This document shows, in pieces, positions 23,942 through 36,500 of a stretch of 64,000 bases of DNA. Position numbers and translations under genes: made by a program. The number at the start of each line of letters is the position of its first letter. Positions within the stretch are counted from its first letter, which is position 1. The notes under the pieces were generated by a model, which did no database searches, was not told the origin of the DNA, and worked only from the letters and a program-made list of their open reading frames with translations. The stretch comes from an uncultured Planctomycetota bacterium (GTDB lineage: Bacteria > Planctomycetota > Planctomycetia > Isosphaerales > Isosphaeraceae): the NCBI GenBank assembly GCA_963845755.1, contig CAWJTV010000030.1, positions 1 through 64,000 on the forward strand. The letters run 5' to 3'.

Positions 23942-24363
23942 GGACCCTACCTGGAGGAAATGGCGCTCGGCGAGCACCCGCTCGACGACACCGTGTGGGT
24001 GAAGGGGTTCGTTGCCGGAAGAGGGCAGTCCCTCGGGAGAGCGAGCTCTCCGGCTCCCGATCGTTGACAACCGATGCTTCGGCTGCTCATGAGTGTGCCC
24101 CTGCGAGGGTCGGACCCGCCCGAAGACGGGCGGATGGAAGGACCACAATAGGGGAATGCCGCCTGAGCAAGGGGCATCGAGCCGGATCGAGGACGTCACA
24201 AACGAGTTCGATCAGAGAGGACCCTGACTCCCTGCCATGGGATCGCACCATTCGCGGCGGTCGAGGGTTTCTGGGACGAGGCCGGGAGGGACAGACGCTT
24301 CCCGCGGCAACCGCGAACCGACCGACCATCGCCGAAGGCCGGCCAGGACCCGCCGCTGGACGG

Positions 24364-24633
24364 TTACTTGCGGATTCCCAGGCGGTTGATCACTTCAAGG
24401 TACTTCTTCCGATCGTGGAGCCGCAGGTATTTCAGCAAGCTCGATCTCTTGGAGACCATCATCAGCAGCCCGCGGCGGCTGGCATGGTCCTTGGCGTGTG
24501 TCTTGAAGTGGTCAGTCAGGTCGTTGATCCGGGCCGTCAGCAAGGCGACTTGCACTTCGGGCGACCCCGTATCCTGTCCGTCCCTGCCAAAGGTGCCGAT
24601 GATGTCCGACTTTTTCTCCTTCGTGATCGCCAT
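24364..24633 (-). CDS. rpsO: 30S ribosomal protein S15
   Basis: [33 protein letters not shown]. Confidence 0.98.
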   Translation of the reverse strand: MAITKEKKSDIIGTFGRDGQDTGSPEVQVALLTARINDLTDHFKTHAKDHASRRGLLMMVSKRSSLLKYLRLHDRKKYLEVINRLGIRK

Positions 24634-24707
24634 CTCACGCCCCAATGCCACCGGCCTGCTCGTCGAGGCCGAATTCCTTGAAACAACACTTCCACTTTAA
24701 GTGCTTC

Positions 24708-24736
24708 AGCATAGGCGAAGCCGACGACGATTGCAA
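24708..24736 (-). promoter_or_regulatory. Candidate sigma-70 promoter of rpsO-pnp
   Basis: Minus strand TTGCAA-17 nt-TATGCT. Confidence 0.6.
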
Positions 24737-24780
24737 TCCCCCTCACTCACGTCCTTGCCTGGCGGTAGACACGCCGTTCG

Positions 24781-27732
24781 TCAAGAGATGTTCCCCCGCC
24801 GCGGTGAGGCGACGCGCGCGACGAAACCATTGCCGAAGACCACGAGGACTTCCTGGGGAGAGACCGCCGGAAAGCAAGCGACAGCCGAGGAAAAGGTCGA
24901 ATTCGACAGCGATCGCGAGACCTGGCACCGTTCGGAACTGTAGGTGAGCCAATCGATCCGCTTCCGTGAAATGGCGGCGACCGTCCTCAGGTCCGATCGG
25001 GTCGCCGCCAGATAGCCTCCCTCGGTCGTGGCGACGCGCGTGGCCAGGAGCTCCAGCCGTCCATCTTCCAGGTAGAACTCGGAGGCGTGAAGTGCGCCGT
25101 CCTTGTCGAGGCCGATCAGGTCGACGAACGGCGGCGCGTGCGTCCAGGTGAACGGAACCGAATTTAAAGGCCGAGCATAAGGGGAAGCCACGGGACACCA
25201 GGCCGGCCCCGCCCCGCAAAGCCGCCGGCCGTTGTCGTCGAAGAGGACCCAATGGCGTCCCTCATGTGTGAGTACGACGAAACGATCGTTCGGGGAACCG
25301 GTCGAAGGCCCGATGGGGAGCAGGAGCGCAGCCGAGGGAGGTTCGTGGAGGGCCTGCGGGATTGGGAGGCGTTTCCAGGGCATCCAACCAACGGCATCTA
25401 CGATGATAAGTTCCGAGCCGTCGCCGAGGCCGACGAGCCAGGTCGGTCCCCAGGACAGAATGGGTGTGAGCCAGCTTCCATCGACCGCCGGGAAAAGAAT
25501 GTCAGGACCGGTCCCGAATGAACGATCGGCCTTGATCTGTTTGAGCAGCGCCACCCTGGGCTGGGAAATGACCATGGGGTCCGGTCCGAAATGTGCCGTC
25601 GGGTTGTCGAATTGAGCAAGCCAGGGTCACCCCGAAGTCGAACTGGCGGAGTGCCACAACTGCCTGACCATCAGCGTCGACCACCAGGGCCGTGACTGCA
25701 CCCAATCCCGCGGCAACCGGAACGATCTGGTCGCGACCGGGCCGGAGGCTGGTGACTCGGCCATCGTCGAAGGCAAGGAACAGCTCGCTCGTTGCCGACG
25801 CCTGAGCCGCGGCGGTCACAGTCCCACGACCCACCTGGATGCCCGGCAAGTGTGGGTCGCGGCCCCCCGATGAGTCCGGGTCCTTCGGCAGGGATCGCCG
25901 CTGAACGGCGGTCGCGGCGTGGTGAGCGTCTCGCACGAGGGCGGCCGGCCAGAGCGACGCCTCGCCGAACAAGCCCGAGGTTGCCGGTGAAGCCGGACGT
26001 CCATTCTGGACATCCTGCGCGAGTCTCCCAGCGAGGGCCAGAAGCGGCACGGTCGCGCACCTCTTCCGCGATAGGAGCCAAGGCCGGCATGGATTCGACG
26101 AGCCGGGCCGTCGTGTTATAGAAGGCCGCGACGTCGCCGTCGGAACCGACCGATCGGAAGAGAGCATCGGCCTCATCGAGCAGGTCCCGGATCGGTTCGA
26201 TCGCGCCTCGGTCGGCATGGATCATGGCCAACTCCAAGGCGCAGAGCGTGGCGTTGCCGCCAGGCCGACGGTCCCAGCCCTCCCGGTAGGCCACAATTGC
26301 CAGGTCGGTCCTTCGGGCCTTGTGGTCGAGGATTCGGCCGGCATCATAGTAGTCCGGAGGCGCGGTGGACGCCGCCTTCTGGGCGGCCCGCTGGTATTCG
26401 GCGACTGCGGCGTCTTCCTCGCCGATGCGGCTCAGGACGTCGCCCGCCGCTTCATGACGGCCAAGTTGGCGGTACAGCTCGATTGCCCTGTCGGCCGCGC
26501 CGGCGGACTCGAACGCCTGGGCGGCCGCTCCCAGGTCGTTGAGCTTCTTCCAGTAGAGGATCCCCGCGTCGTGATGCAGACCGCCACGTTGGAGCGACTG
26601 GGCGGCCAAGCGGTCATCGCCCAGGAGTTTCCCATATATGTAGGCTGCGCGTCGGAAATCGCCGTCCCGGATGGCCTGTTCCGCGGCCTTGCGGTACTCA
26701 CGCACCAGATCCTCGACGAGGTCTGGCCGAGCACGCCAGATTCCGACCGGCTGGCCGCGCACCGGTTGACCCAGGAGATCCAGGAGATCGTAGATCGCGC
26801 GATTCCATGGCAGCCGATTCCCCCATCCGATCGTCCGCTGTCGGGGGTCAACCCGTGCCATCGGGAAGGCATGCCGCAGGGCGGCGCGACGGGTCTCCCT
26901 CGCGAAACTCTTGGAGCAGTTTGCGGACCAGCGACGAGTGATCGATCCATTCCCACTGGATCTTCTCCTTGAACGCCGAGAAGCCAGCGCCGGCCCGGCC
27001 GACGAAGCCCCGCAAGGAGCCGGCAAGGCCCTGAACTCCCGAGAAGAGTCCCCTGGCCGAGGCGTTGCCGGCCCTCTTCGTTCCCGTCCCCTCCAACGCG
27101 GCATCCGGCGTGCCGGGCTCACCCAGATTCTTCGATCCCTCATGGGTTCCGCCGTCGTCGACGCCCGGGTCATCTCCACCGCGCGAGCCGCCGCCGTGCG
27201 AACCGGCACGGCGGAGATCCTGCTCGAACTCCTCGTAGAGCGCCTCCGGAGGAACATCCGGCAGTTCAAAGACGATCTCGACGAGACGATCGGCGTGATG
27301 AGACGGCTCGGGCAGCGGTGCCCAGGCGCGCCTTGGCCGCGGCTCGGCCTTCGTGAGGCCGACCAGATCGATCGCAGCCCCCCGATCGAACGCAAGGATG
27401 CGGCGGCCGGGCAGGAACACCAGACCGCCATTGCGAACCAGTCCGGCCGCCTCGTCATCCAGAAGTGCCGGGACAAGATCCGCGTCGACGGGCAGATAGA
27501 AGTCTTGGGTCAGTTCGCAAAGCCGGGTCACGCCCGGGAGCGGATCGGCCGTCGGCCGTTCGAGCTTGAGCAAGAATCCTCCGGCGACATCGAAGACACG
27601 GCCCGTCGGGTCGAGGCTGAGGCTCGTGCAGACCGCCAGGAGCGTCGACGCATCCCTGGTCGGCACGAACGCGGCGGACGCCGGGCTTACGGCCGATCGA
27701 CGGCGGAGTTCGAATGGAACCTGAACCGTCAA
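24781..27732 (-). CDS. Large MoxR-system component: N-terminal bpX-like domain, TPR-like repeats, C-terminal beta-propeller-like region (about three frameshifts)
   Basis: Stitched from ORFs 26848-27732, 25671-27476, 25502-26218 and 24781-25575; YLPVDADLVP, YRKAAEQAIRDGDFRRAAYIYGKLLGD; TTG start overlaps the upstream TGA. Confidence 0.65.
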
Positions 27733-30556
27733 GGGACCCTCCCCTCTCCCGATTCGGCGGACCTGAGCACATGAGCCATTCGCTCGGCGGCATGCGGCGA
27801 CGACGTGCCGCCGCTCAGCCGGCTCGAACCCAGCCGCGTGCCGTCCGGCATCCAGGCCGCGAACTCGCGACCGGCCACGTAGAACATCCCGATCAGTCCG
27901 CCGTCGCGGCCCAGCACAGCCAGATGATTATACTGGTCGATCAGGATCCGCAGCGCGCCGTGCTCCACGATCCGCTGGAACCGGAAGAAATCGAATCGAA
28001 GGTCGCTCGTGAGCCTCGAAAAAATCCGCGATTCCGCGATGACGCCGCCGAGCTCCTGAAAGGTCTGGGCGGGTGCTTCGTGGTCCACCTCGAGTCGTCC
28101 CCGATCCCATCGAATCAGGCACATCGACAGGGGACGACGCGGCCCCGTCCGGTTGAACTCGCTGACCAGCAAACAGGACCGGCCCAGCGAGGCGAAATGG
28201 AGCCAGACATCCTCCTTGGCCGTGACGACCACCGGCGGTCGATCGCCGGGAACGTCGCGCACCTCGACCTGCTGATCGTTGAGCCGTCGGGCGAACCGCC
28301 GTCCATCTCGAGACAGCGTGAACAAGCTGTGGACTACCGAATCCCCGGGGAGGGAGAACATCCCCAGTACGGCGGCACGCGAGAGCGAGAAGAACACGAT
28401 CGTCGCGGCTGGCGTCCGACGGGCGGCGCATCGCCAGGACATCGCCCCCACGGCAGAGGTACGTGATTTGTGTGCCCTTCAGCGCGGGCCGGCCGTCGGA
28501 GAGTGGCGTCAGCGAGCGGACCACTCCTGATCCCTGGCGATACTTCAAGGTCCCGGTCCTGGCGTCGAGGCTGACGGCGAGACAATTCAGGTCAATATCC
28601 CGATCGCTCAGATCGCGGACCACCAGCGGAGAGCGCGACACCTTTGCGGACACCCGATCGATCGCGGCCTTCGCCCGCGAAGTCGTTCGCGCCTTGGCCC
28701 CGGTCTCGGCCAGGTCCACGGCCAGACACGCGTGGATGGGATTCTTGGGACGCCCGGCGATCGTATGCAGATCGGAGTAGTAGAACCAGGAGATCGCGGA
28801 CTCGCTCGGTTCCAATCGGTGAAGGATGCACGACCGCGTCGCGAAGTCGTAATAGGCGAGCACCGGACATCCTTGGAAGTCACCCACCGGGACAAATCCG
28901 CCGGCAACCCCGATGACGTTGCGAACCGGCCTGATGACGTGACCGTTGACGACGGGCTGGGGGAGGACCTCGATCTCGTCTCCGTCGAGGCGACAGGAGG
29001 CCAGCAAACCGTGTCGTCCCGCGAGAAGTAGCCGCTCCCCAGCCTCATCAAAATCGATGTGAGAACTCATCTCGCCCTGGAACGACTGGACGCCGTCCAG
29101 GATTCCACAACGGAAGGGGAAAGGGATCGGCTCGAGGTCGCCGCGCCATAGCCTATCGAGGCCACGGCCTGCCCCAGAGTTCCCGGACGGCATAGGATTT
29201 CGCAGCACTCCGAGATCGACGCGGCTCCTGCTCAGAACCACGGGCCAGCCATGTCTCAACTCAGCCAGCTCGAGCTGCCCCTCGGAGTCCACCGACACGG
29301 CGAAGAGACGGGTCCGGTCGTCGCCGGTCGAGAGACGAGTCGCCTCCGTCACGTCGGGCTCGATCACGTTGCGCGAGTGCGTCAGAAGCACCACATCGCG
29401 CCGTGCGCCGGCATTTGCCCGAAGCACTCTCGCCAGGGTCCGGCCCGGGTTGAACGAGAGATCGCTGGACTCCAGGACCTCGGCGAGGTCGTCCGGCGTT
29501 AGACATGACGGGTTGACCACCTCGCCGCCGTTTCCCGTCGTTGCCAGCCGGAACCCGATGCGGCGCCGCGCCGCCTGTCGGCCAAGGGCCATAGCGGCAC
29601 CGGCCAGGACCAGTCGAACGTCGCCCCAGGTGCGTACCCCTTGGTCCACGAGCAGGACGATCTCCTCGACCACCAGGTGACGCGGAATCTCACGGTGAAA
29701 ATACAGGAGTTCGCCGTCGGCGAATCGGCGGAGGAACTCTTCGTGTTCCAGGGCGAACTGAATCGGAAGGATCTGTTCGGGCGATCCGCGGTTCGTAAGG
29801 TCCGAGTAGCCATCTGTCTGCATCGCCGAACGATCAAGCCGACGAGGCGGAAGGCTCAGTGCTCCGTCCAGCCGGCTGATCAGGAGGGTCGCTCCAGCGA
29901 GTCGGGGGCGACGCTCCATCTCGGTCAGGGAATCCTCCAGATCACGCGACGGGAGTGGTACAAAACGATCCCCGATCGACTCGACCAACCCCCGGCCAAA
30001 TGTCAACCAGTGCCGGATCGCTTCATCCGACATCGTCTCGAGCTGTCGTGTGAGCCTCGCCTCGAACTCGGATGACTCCAGTCCGGGGTGCTCGGCATAA
30101 TCCATCGCCCCGGTGAAGCTGATAACTAACTCGGGAATCCAGCTCCCACCGTTCAGGATCTGTAGCACAGAGGAGAGCTCAGGAGGATCGGCGACACCTC
30201 GAAGGTCGCGACAGAGCCATGCACATAACGCGCCCGCGTTGCGCAGCGGACTCCTCAAGTCCCGGAATGGGTCGGCGATCCGATCCAGCCGTTGTTTCGA
30301 CTCCTTCCCTACGGCGCGGTCGCCCAGCCCGATCAAGTAGAGGAGGTGCAAGACGCACCCGAAGGCGATCGGCGATAAGCTGCCGGTCAGGAGACCCTCG
30401 AGGAACTGAGCGATCTCGGGCGCAAAGCGAACGTCTGGCCGGCTTCGGGTCCGTCCAGGAATTCGACCGCCTCACCGTAATGGGCCCATCGGAATCCTCC
30501 GAACGCGCGGCAGTACGCCGCCGGGATCTGGAGATAGAGCGCCGCGCGTCGATCAT
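27729..30556 (-). CDS. vWA-domain protein with N-terminal bpX-like domain and C-terminal beta-propeller-like region (several frameshifts)
   Basis: GYSDLTNRG...EFLRRFADGELLYFHRE...VLLVDQGVRTWGDVR (degenerate MIDAS), VVLLTH; beta-rich C-terminus. Confidence 0.72.
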
Positions 30557-31366
30557 TCATGGCCTGCGGTTTCCCTGGTGTCGAAAGGGCTCCACATCCG
30601 CGCGGGTGAGGCGGATGGCGGCACGGCTCAGGGGCCGGAACACCGCGCGCGCGATCAACTCAGGCCCTTGGTCGTCGAGGATCGTCAGGTCGTCCGGCCC
30701 AGCACCAACGATGCGGCGGAGAGCCGGCTCGGGTAGTTCCGGGTCGACCCGGAAGCCCATCGGAATCAGCACGTCCACGCCCCAGAATCGAGCTCCGCCC
30801 CAGATCGTCGGGAGCAACCCGGGCCGGCCGAGGATCAGAACCGTGGCGTCCCCTGGCTCTCCGTCCGGGAGGAGGAGCCAGGCCGCGGTGAGAGACGCGA
30901 TTCGTGCTGTGGGCTCCCGATCGGCCCATTGGGCCAGCGAAGCCGCCCGGCACGAGACCGCGACGGCCGGCCGAGGCTGAAAGTCTCGGTCTCGTACCAG
31001 GCGGAGGGGGATGGCGCACGGCGGGCTGTCCGCCGGCCGCGCTGCCGACATCGGCCGAGGAAAAACGACGCTCTCCAGCGGCACTCCCCCGGAAGCGTCG
31101 CCGAGCGGGACGCCGAAGGCCGGCAAGTGCTCGCCCGGACGATACCAACGGCCATCCCGAAACGTGAAGAACTCGACGCTCGACAGCGGTAGGAGTCGCT
31201 CGATGAGAAGCTGCCACGATGATTCCGAATCGGGGTTGCAGCAGACCCAGGCCCGGTCTATAACGATCGACACCCGAATTCCCGGCCGGCGGCGGAGGTC
31301 GGCCAGGATCGGCAAGTCCCGAACCGCGATGCTGGCACATCCGACGTCCTGCCATGATACGTTCAT
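30557..31366 (-). CDS. Hypothetical MoxR-system accessory (bpX-like) protein
   Basis: 269-aa ORF with RBS, abutting the next gene, lying between the MoxR and vWA genes. Confidence 0.65.
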   Translation of the reverse strand: MNVSWQDVGCASIAVRDLPILADLRRRPGIRVSIVIDRAWVCCNPDSESSWQLLIERLLPLSSVEFFTFRDGRWYRPGEHLPAFGVPLGDASGGVPLESVVFPRPMSAARPADSPPCAIPLRLVRDRDFQPRPAVAVSCRAASLAQWADREPTARIASLTAAWLLLPDGEPGDATVLILGRPGLLPTIWGGARFWGVDVLIPMGFRVDPELPEPALRRIVGAGPDDLTILDDQGPELIARAVFRPLSRAAIRLTRADVEPFRHQGNRRP

Positions 31367-31447
31367 CGTCCTCGTCTTTCGTATGGAATCGCATAACCCG
31401 GGCTGGACAGTCTGTCCTACCTTCCAGCACGTTCAATCTCTCTTCTG

Positions 31448-32575
31448 TCATCCGATCCGTTTCCACAGGTCGCCGACGCGATTGGCCAGGTGTCTCCGAG
31501 CATCGTCGTCGGCGACCCAGGCGGTGCGATCGGACAACTCGGCAAGTTGCTCGCGGACGCGGGCCACGACCACCAGACTGAGGGAACGGGATTGGACCTC
31601 GGCGGCGAGATCATCCAGCCGGCGCGCGAGCTCCTCGGGGTCCACGCGATCGGGGACGGTAGCCAACGGATGAACATCGGGTTCGTTGGCATGCGGCGCG
31701 ATCGTCCCGGCGACCAGCGAGGCCAGAGGGGCGACCTGTTCCTCGCGATCCCAGACGTATCGGAGAACCCAGAAGTCCGAGATCCGAGCGGCGGACCGGC
31801 GGCAGAGAACGGCCGAGGCCGCGACCAGCTTCAGGACCTTGACGGCGCGTCGATCGGTCAGGACGACGCCCAGGTCCCGCACCTTGGAGACGAGCTCGGC
31901 GTAGCGCTCGAGGATCCCGGCCAGCTCCACCCGATAGACCTCGCCGGCCACGGCGCGCAGTTCGGCCGCCGAGACCGAGGACTCCAGCGGGACCGGCCGC
32001 TCCAGTTCCCAACCAGCTTCCAGCAGCCGCGGCACCTCGTCGCGCTTCAGGTTGTCCACGTGACAACGGATCAGGAACCTGTCGAACAGGGCGCGCAGCG
32101 CCTCGTCTTCCGGCAGGTGATTCGATGCCGCGAACAAGGACAATAACGGGAGCTGGTGGGTTTCGGCACCCCGCCGGTAGATCCGCTCGTTGAGCACCGT
32201 GAGCAGGTTGTTCAGGATGGCGCTATTGGCGTTGAAGAGCTCGTCAAGGAAGACGAACTCTGCTTCCGGAAGCATTCCCGTGGTGACCGTGGCGACCGTT
32301 CCCTCACGTAGCCGGGCCAGGTCGATCGGGCCGAAGACCTCATTCGGCTCGGAGAACCGCGTCAGCAGATACTCAAAGTAATTCCCCCGTACCGACCCGG
32401 CAAACTGCCGGATCAAGGCGGACTTGGCAGTACCGGGCGGACCATGGAGGAACAAGTGCTCGCCCGCCGTGACCGCCAGAGCGATCAGGTTGACGACTTC
32501 GTCGCGGCCGACGAAACGCCGCTTCAGCGGCTGGATAACCTCGGCTCGAAGACGGTCAACTGCGTGGTCCTTCAT
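31448..32575 (-). CDS. MoxR/RavA-family AAA+ ATPase
   Basis: Walker A GPPGTAKS, LLTRFSEPNEVFGP, Walker B FLDELFNA, ILNNLLTVLNER, DRFLIR. Confidence 0.93.
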   Translation of the reverse strand: MKDHAVDRLRAEVIQPLKRRFVGRDEVVNLIALAVTAGEHLFLHGPPGTAKSALIRQFAGSVRGNYFEYLLTRFSEPNEVFGPIDLARLREGTVATVTTGMLPEAEFVFLDELFNANSAILNNLLTVLNERIYRRGAETHQLPLLSLFAASNHLPEDEALRALFDRFLIRCHVDNLKRDEVPRLLEAGWELERPVPLESSVSAAELRAVAGEVYRVELAGILERYAELVSKVRDLGVVLTDRRAVKVLKLVAASAVLCRRSAARISDFWVLRYVWDREEQVAPLASLVAGTIAPHANEPDVHPLATVPDRVDPEELARRLDDLAAEVQSRSLSLVVVARVREQLAELSDRTAWVADDDARRHLANRVGDLWKRIG

Positions 32576-33072
32576 GAATGAATCCTTAACTGACACGATG
32601 GTCGGAACCCGACCCGGGCGCCATTCAACCTCAATTCTGCTACCGGCCTGCGTCAGTCGGCTTACACCCGAGCTGGAACCGTTCACGATTCCGCGGGTTG
32701 GATTGTCGGGAATCCCGTCGGAGTGCTCTCCGGTGAGATCGCGTTTTCCAGGTCTTCAGCATAATCGCAGAGTCCATATCAAATCACTCGGTTACATCTT
32801 TGATGGGCGCGTCGCAGATTCGATCGACGGATCCGGCCCGATTCAGGGTTTTCAGCTCGAGGAGAACATGCGCTGGCTGGCGGGGCCCTACACTCAATTA
32901 TAAGGCATCGCGGCAAGAACGACAGAACTTCGAAGAACGGAATCGAAGGCCGGTGGATGGCCCTGGAATGTGCCCTGATCCCGCACTTTATCCTCCCGTC
33001 CGAGGATGAGACCTCGCGGTATTCATCGACCCGCATCGGAGGAGTTTGACGCGGCGATCTGGGTTGGGTAGA

Positions 33073-33101
33073 TTGCATAGAGTTTTGTAAGCTTTTACAA
33101 G
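33073..33101 (+). promoter_or_regulatory. Candidate promoter overlapped by a palindromic operator
   Basis: TTGCAT-17 nt-TACAAG; inverted repeat TTGTAA-GCTT-TTACAA at 33085-33100. Confidence 0.5.
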
Positions 33102-33131
33102 GTTGCTCCTCGGGCCGCGGCCTTCAGTGAG

Positions 33132-33407
33132 ATGCGCACTCTATCACACTACCTGACGGTTTCCGCAGCCGCGAAGTTCCTCGGCGTCACTGCCACAACG
33201 CTTCGCAACTGGGACCGGGCGGGCAAGTTCAAGCCCGCTCGACATCCCGTAAACGGCTATCGGCTCTATCGCGAAGAAGACCTCAAGTCCATACTCCGGC
33301 AGGTCAGCGGTGCGCAGGAGGACATCTACCCTGCAGATGACCGAGTGCCGAAGGACGCGATGATCCATCTTGAGCCGCTTCGCGCGATCGGCCGCCCGGA
33401 CTCGTGA
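33132..33407 (+). CDS. Small MerR-type HTH DNA-binding protein
   Basis: LTVSAAAKFLGVTATTLRNWDRAGKFKPARHPVNGYRLY. Confidence 0.88.
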   Translation: MRTLSHYLTVSAAAKFLGVTATTLRNWDRAGKFKPARHPVNGYRLYREEDLKSILRQVSGAQEDIYPADDRVPKDAMIHLEPLRAIGRPDS

Positions 33408-33519
33408 TCTCCCGAGGTGGGTGCATGGTCAAGCAGTAGAGACTGTTTGCGGTGCTTCGGTTCCTATGCGGCTCTGCCCGAGACGGTCAATCCGAGGACA
33501 GCCACGATTCGGAGGGGGG

Positions 33520-36500
33520 ATGAACGGACAAGCCCGGCATGACGCTACCAGCAACCGACCCGGGAGCGAGCTCTTCGCCGGGCTCACCGCCGTCGTGATC
33601 TCGTTCGCCGTGAGCGGCCTCATCTCGTATTTGAATACGCGGATGCTCAATCAGGACGCCCATCAGGTTACCAATACCCACGAACTCCTATCGGCCCTCG
33701 ATGGAGTTCTCTCGATCATGAAAGACGCGGAGACGGGGCAACGGGGCTATCTGATCACCGGCGACGACCGCTACCTCGCGCCCCATACCGAAGCAGTAGC
33801 CCGCATCGACGAGCAATTGGGCCGGGTCGAGCGACTGATTCATGACAAGCCTGAGCAACAGTCCCGAATCTCGGCGGTGAAGAACCAGATCGGGATCAAG
33901 TTGAGGGAACTTAACGAGACGATCGCACTGCGCAGGACACAAGGCTTCGAGGTAGCAAGGAAAAAAGTGGAGTCCGACGTCGGCAAGGCGGCGATGGACG
34001 CCGTCCGGGCACAGGTCGGGGTGATGCAGGCTGATGAGCGCGAGCGTCACACTGTACGACTCGCGGAGATGAACAGTGCCTACCGGGTGGCGGTCGGAAG
34101 CGGCGTTCTCACGAGCATTCTCGGCGTACTCCTTTCCGCGGGAGTCGCCTACCTTGTGCACCGAGGTGTCATCACTCGTAGGCGGCAGGAATGGCTCCAG
34201 TCGGGACAGATCGGGATCAATGAGGCATTGGCCGGGGACCAACGGCTGGAGCAGTTGGGGGAGAGCGTCCTCCGATTCCTCGCGAAGTACCTCGACGCCC
34301 ACGCCGGGGCCTTCTTTGTCAGGAACGGCAGGGGATTCCGCCGCATCGCCACCTATGGGGTGGCCGCCATCAATGGTGTGCCCGAAGGCTTTGAACCAGG
34401 GGACGGACTCCTCGGGCAAGCGGCCCAGGATAAGCGGGCGTTCCTCATCCGCGAGGTACCCGAAGGCTACATGTCGATCGGTTCGGCGCTCGGTAAAGGC
34501 AAGCCACGGCATCTCGTCGTTGCGCCCTCCATCGCGGACGGCGTGGTGAACGGCGTCCTCGAAGTCGGTTTCATCCATCCGCTTGAAGAGCTCACCGTCC
34601 AACTTCTCAACCAGGTATCGGAATCGCTCGGCGTCGCCGTCCAGTCGGCGACCTACCGCACGCACCTGCAGGACCTCATCGAGGAGACGCAACGGCAGGC
34701 CGAGGAGCTTCAATCCCAGGGCGAGGAGCTCCGGGTGTCGAACGAAGTGCTCGAGGAGCAGGGTCGGGCTCTCAAGGAGTCGCAGACTCACCTCGAGCAG
34801 CAGCAGACAGAGCTCGAACAGACGAACCTCCAACTCCAGCAACACACCAACCTCCTCGGATTACAGCGGGACGAGCTTGCGCGGGCCAAGGAGGCGCTTC
34901 AGTTGCAGACTCGCGATCTCGCGCAGGCCAGCCGCTATAAGTCCGACTTCCTCGCGAACATGTCGCATGAGCTTCGGACCCCGCTCAACTCGTCCCTGAT
35001 CCTGGCCAAACTCCTTGCCGACAATCCGCACGGAAACCTCTCGGAGGATCAGGTCAAGTATGCCGAGACCATCCGGTCTGCCGGAAACGATCTGTTAGTC
35101 CTCATCAATGATGTCCTCGATCTCTCGAAGATCGAGGCGGGACGCACGGAAATCCGATCGGAGCATGTGCGAGTCGCGGGGATGGTGGAGGAGCTCAGTC
35201 GCGGCTTCGAACCAGTCGCTGCCCAGAAGGGCCTCGCGTTCCGCACACGGATTCCCCCGGATTGTCCGCAGACCATCGAGACCGACCGGCAGCGACTCGA
35301 GCAGATACTGAAGAACTTGCTGTCGAATGCGATCAAGTTTACCGAATCCGGCGAGGTCGTGCTGAAGGTGGGCCACGGCGGCGAAGGTCTCATCTCTTTC
35401 GCCGTCGAGGACACCGGGATCGGCATCGCCGAGCATGAACGCCAGGTCATCTTCGAGGCCTTCCGCCAGGCGGACGGCACGACGAATCGGAAGTACGGCG
35501 GCACAGGACTGGGCCTTTCGATCTCGCGTGAGCTCGTGCGGCTGCTCGGGGGTGACATTCGTCTCGAGAGCCAGCCGGGCCGAGGCAGCACCTTCACCGT
35601 TACCATCCCCGAGGTCTATCAACCTCGCGTCCTGCAACCGATCGCCAAGCCGCCCTCCCTGGATTCTCGGCCGTCGGAAGTGGCTGCTCGCCCAGCTCCC
35701 ACGCTGGCGAAACCCCCGGGAACAGGGACGCAAATTCTAACGCGTCGAGTCGAAGATGATCGCGAGCGTTTGACGGGCGATCGCAACGTCATCCTGGTCG
35801 TCGAGGACGATGAGCCGTTCGCCCGGGTCCTCTACGACCTGGCACACGAGCTCGACTTCCAGTGCCTGATCGCCACGACGGCAGAGGAAGGGCAGACCAT
35901 GGCCGTGCAGTATCTTCCGAGCGCCGTGGTGCTCGACATCGGCCTGCCCGATCACTCGGGGCTATCGGTCCTCGATCGACTGAAACATGACGCTCGAACC
36001 CGCCACATCCCCGTGCATGTCGTCTCCGCGGGCGATTACTCCGAAGCCGCGCTCTGCGCTCGGCGCGGTGGGATACATGCTCAAGCCGGTCAGACGGGAG
36101 GAGCTGGTGCGGGCGCTGAAACAACTCGAGACACGGCTCGCCCAGAGGATGCGCCGTGTCCTGGTGGTTGAAGACGACCCGGTCCAGCGCGACAGTCCCT
36201 GAGAGGGCTTCTTAGCTCCCACGAGGTCGAGACCGTGGGAACCGGCACCGCGGCCGAATGCCTGGCACAGCTCAGGAACTCCACGTTCGACTGCATGGTA
36301 CTCGACCTGTCATTGCCGGATGCATCCGGGTATTCGCTCCTCGAGACGCTCAGCAGCGAGGATAGCTACGCGTTTCCGCCGGTGATCGTCTACACGGGCC
36401 GCGACCTTTCGGCCGAAGAGGAAGCGGCGCCTTCGCCGTTATTCCAAGTCGATCATCATCAAAGGGGCAAAGTCGCCCGAGCGGCTGCTCGACGAAGTGA

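Noticed and set aside
23942..24363. Hairpins in the rpsO-pnp spacer as a novel ncRNA
   Set aside because: Structured pnp leaders are expected, and I could not define anything beyond a few GC stems.
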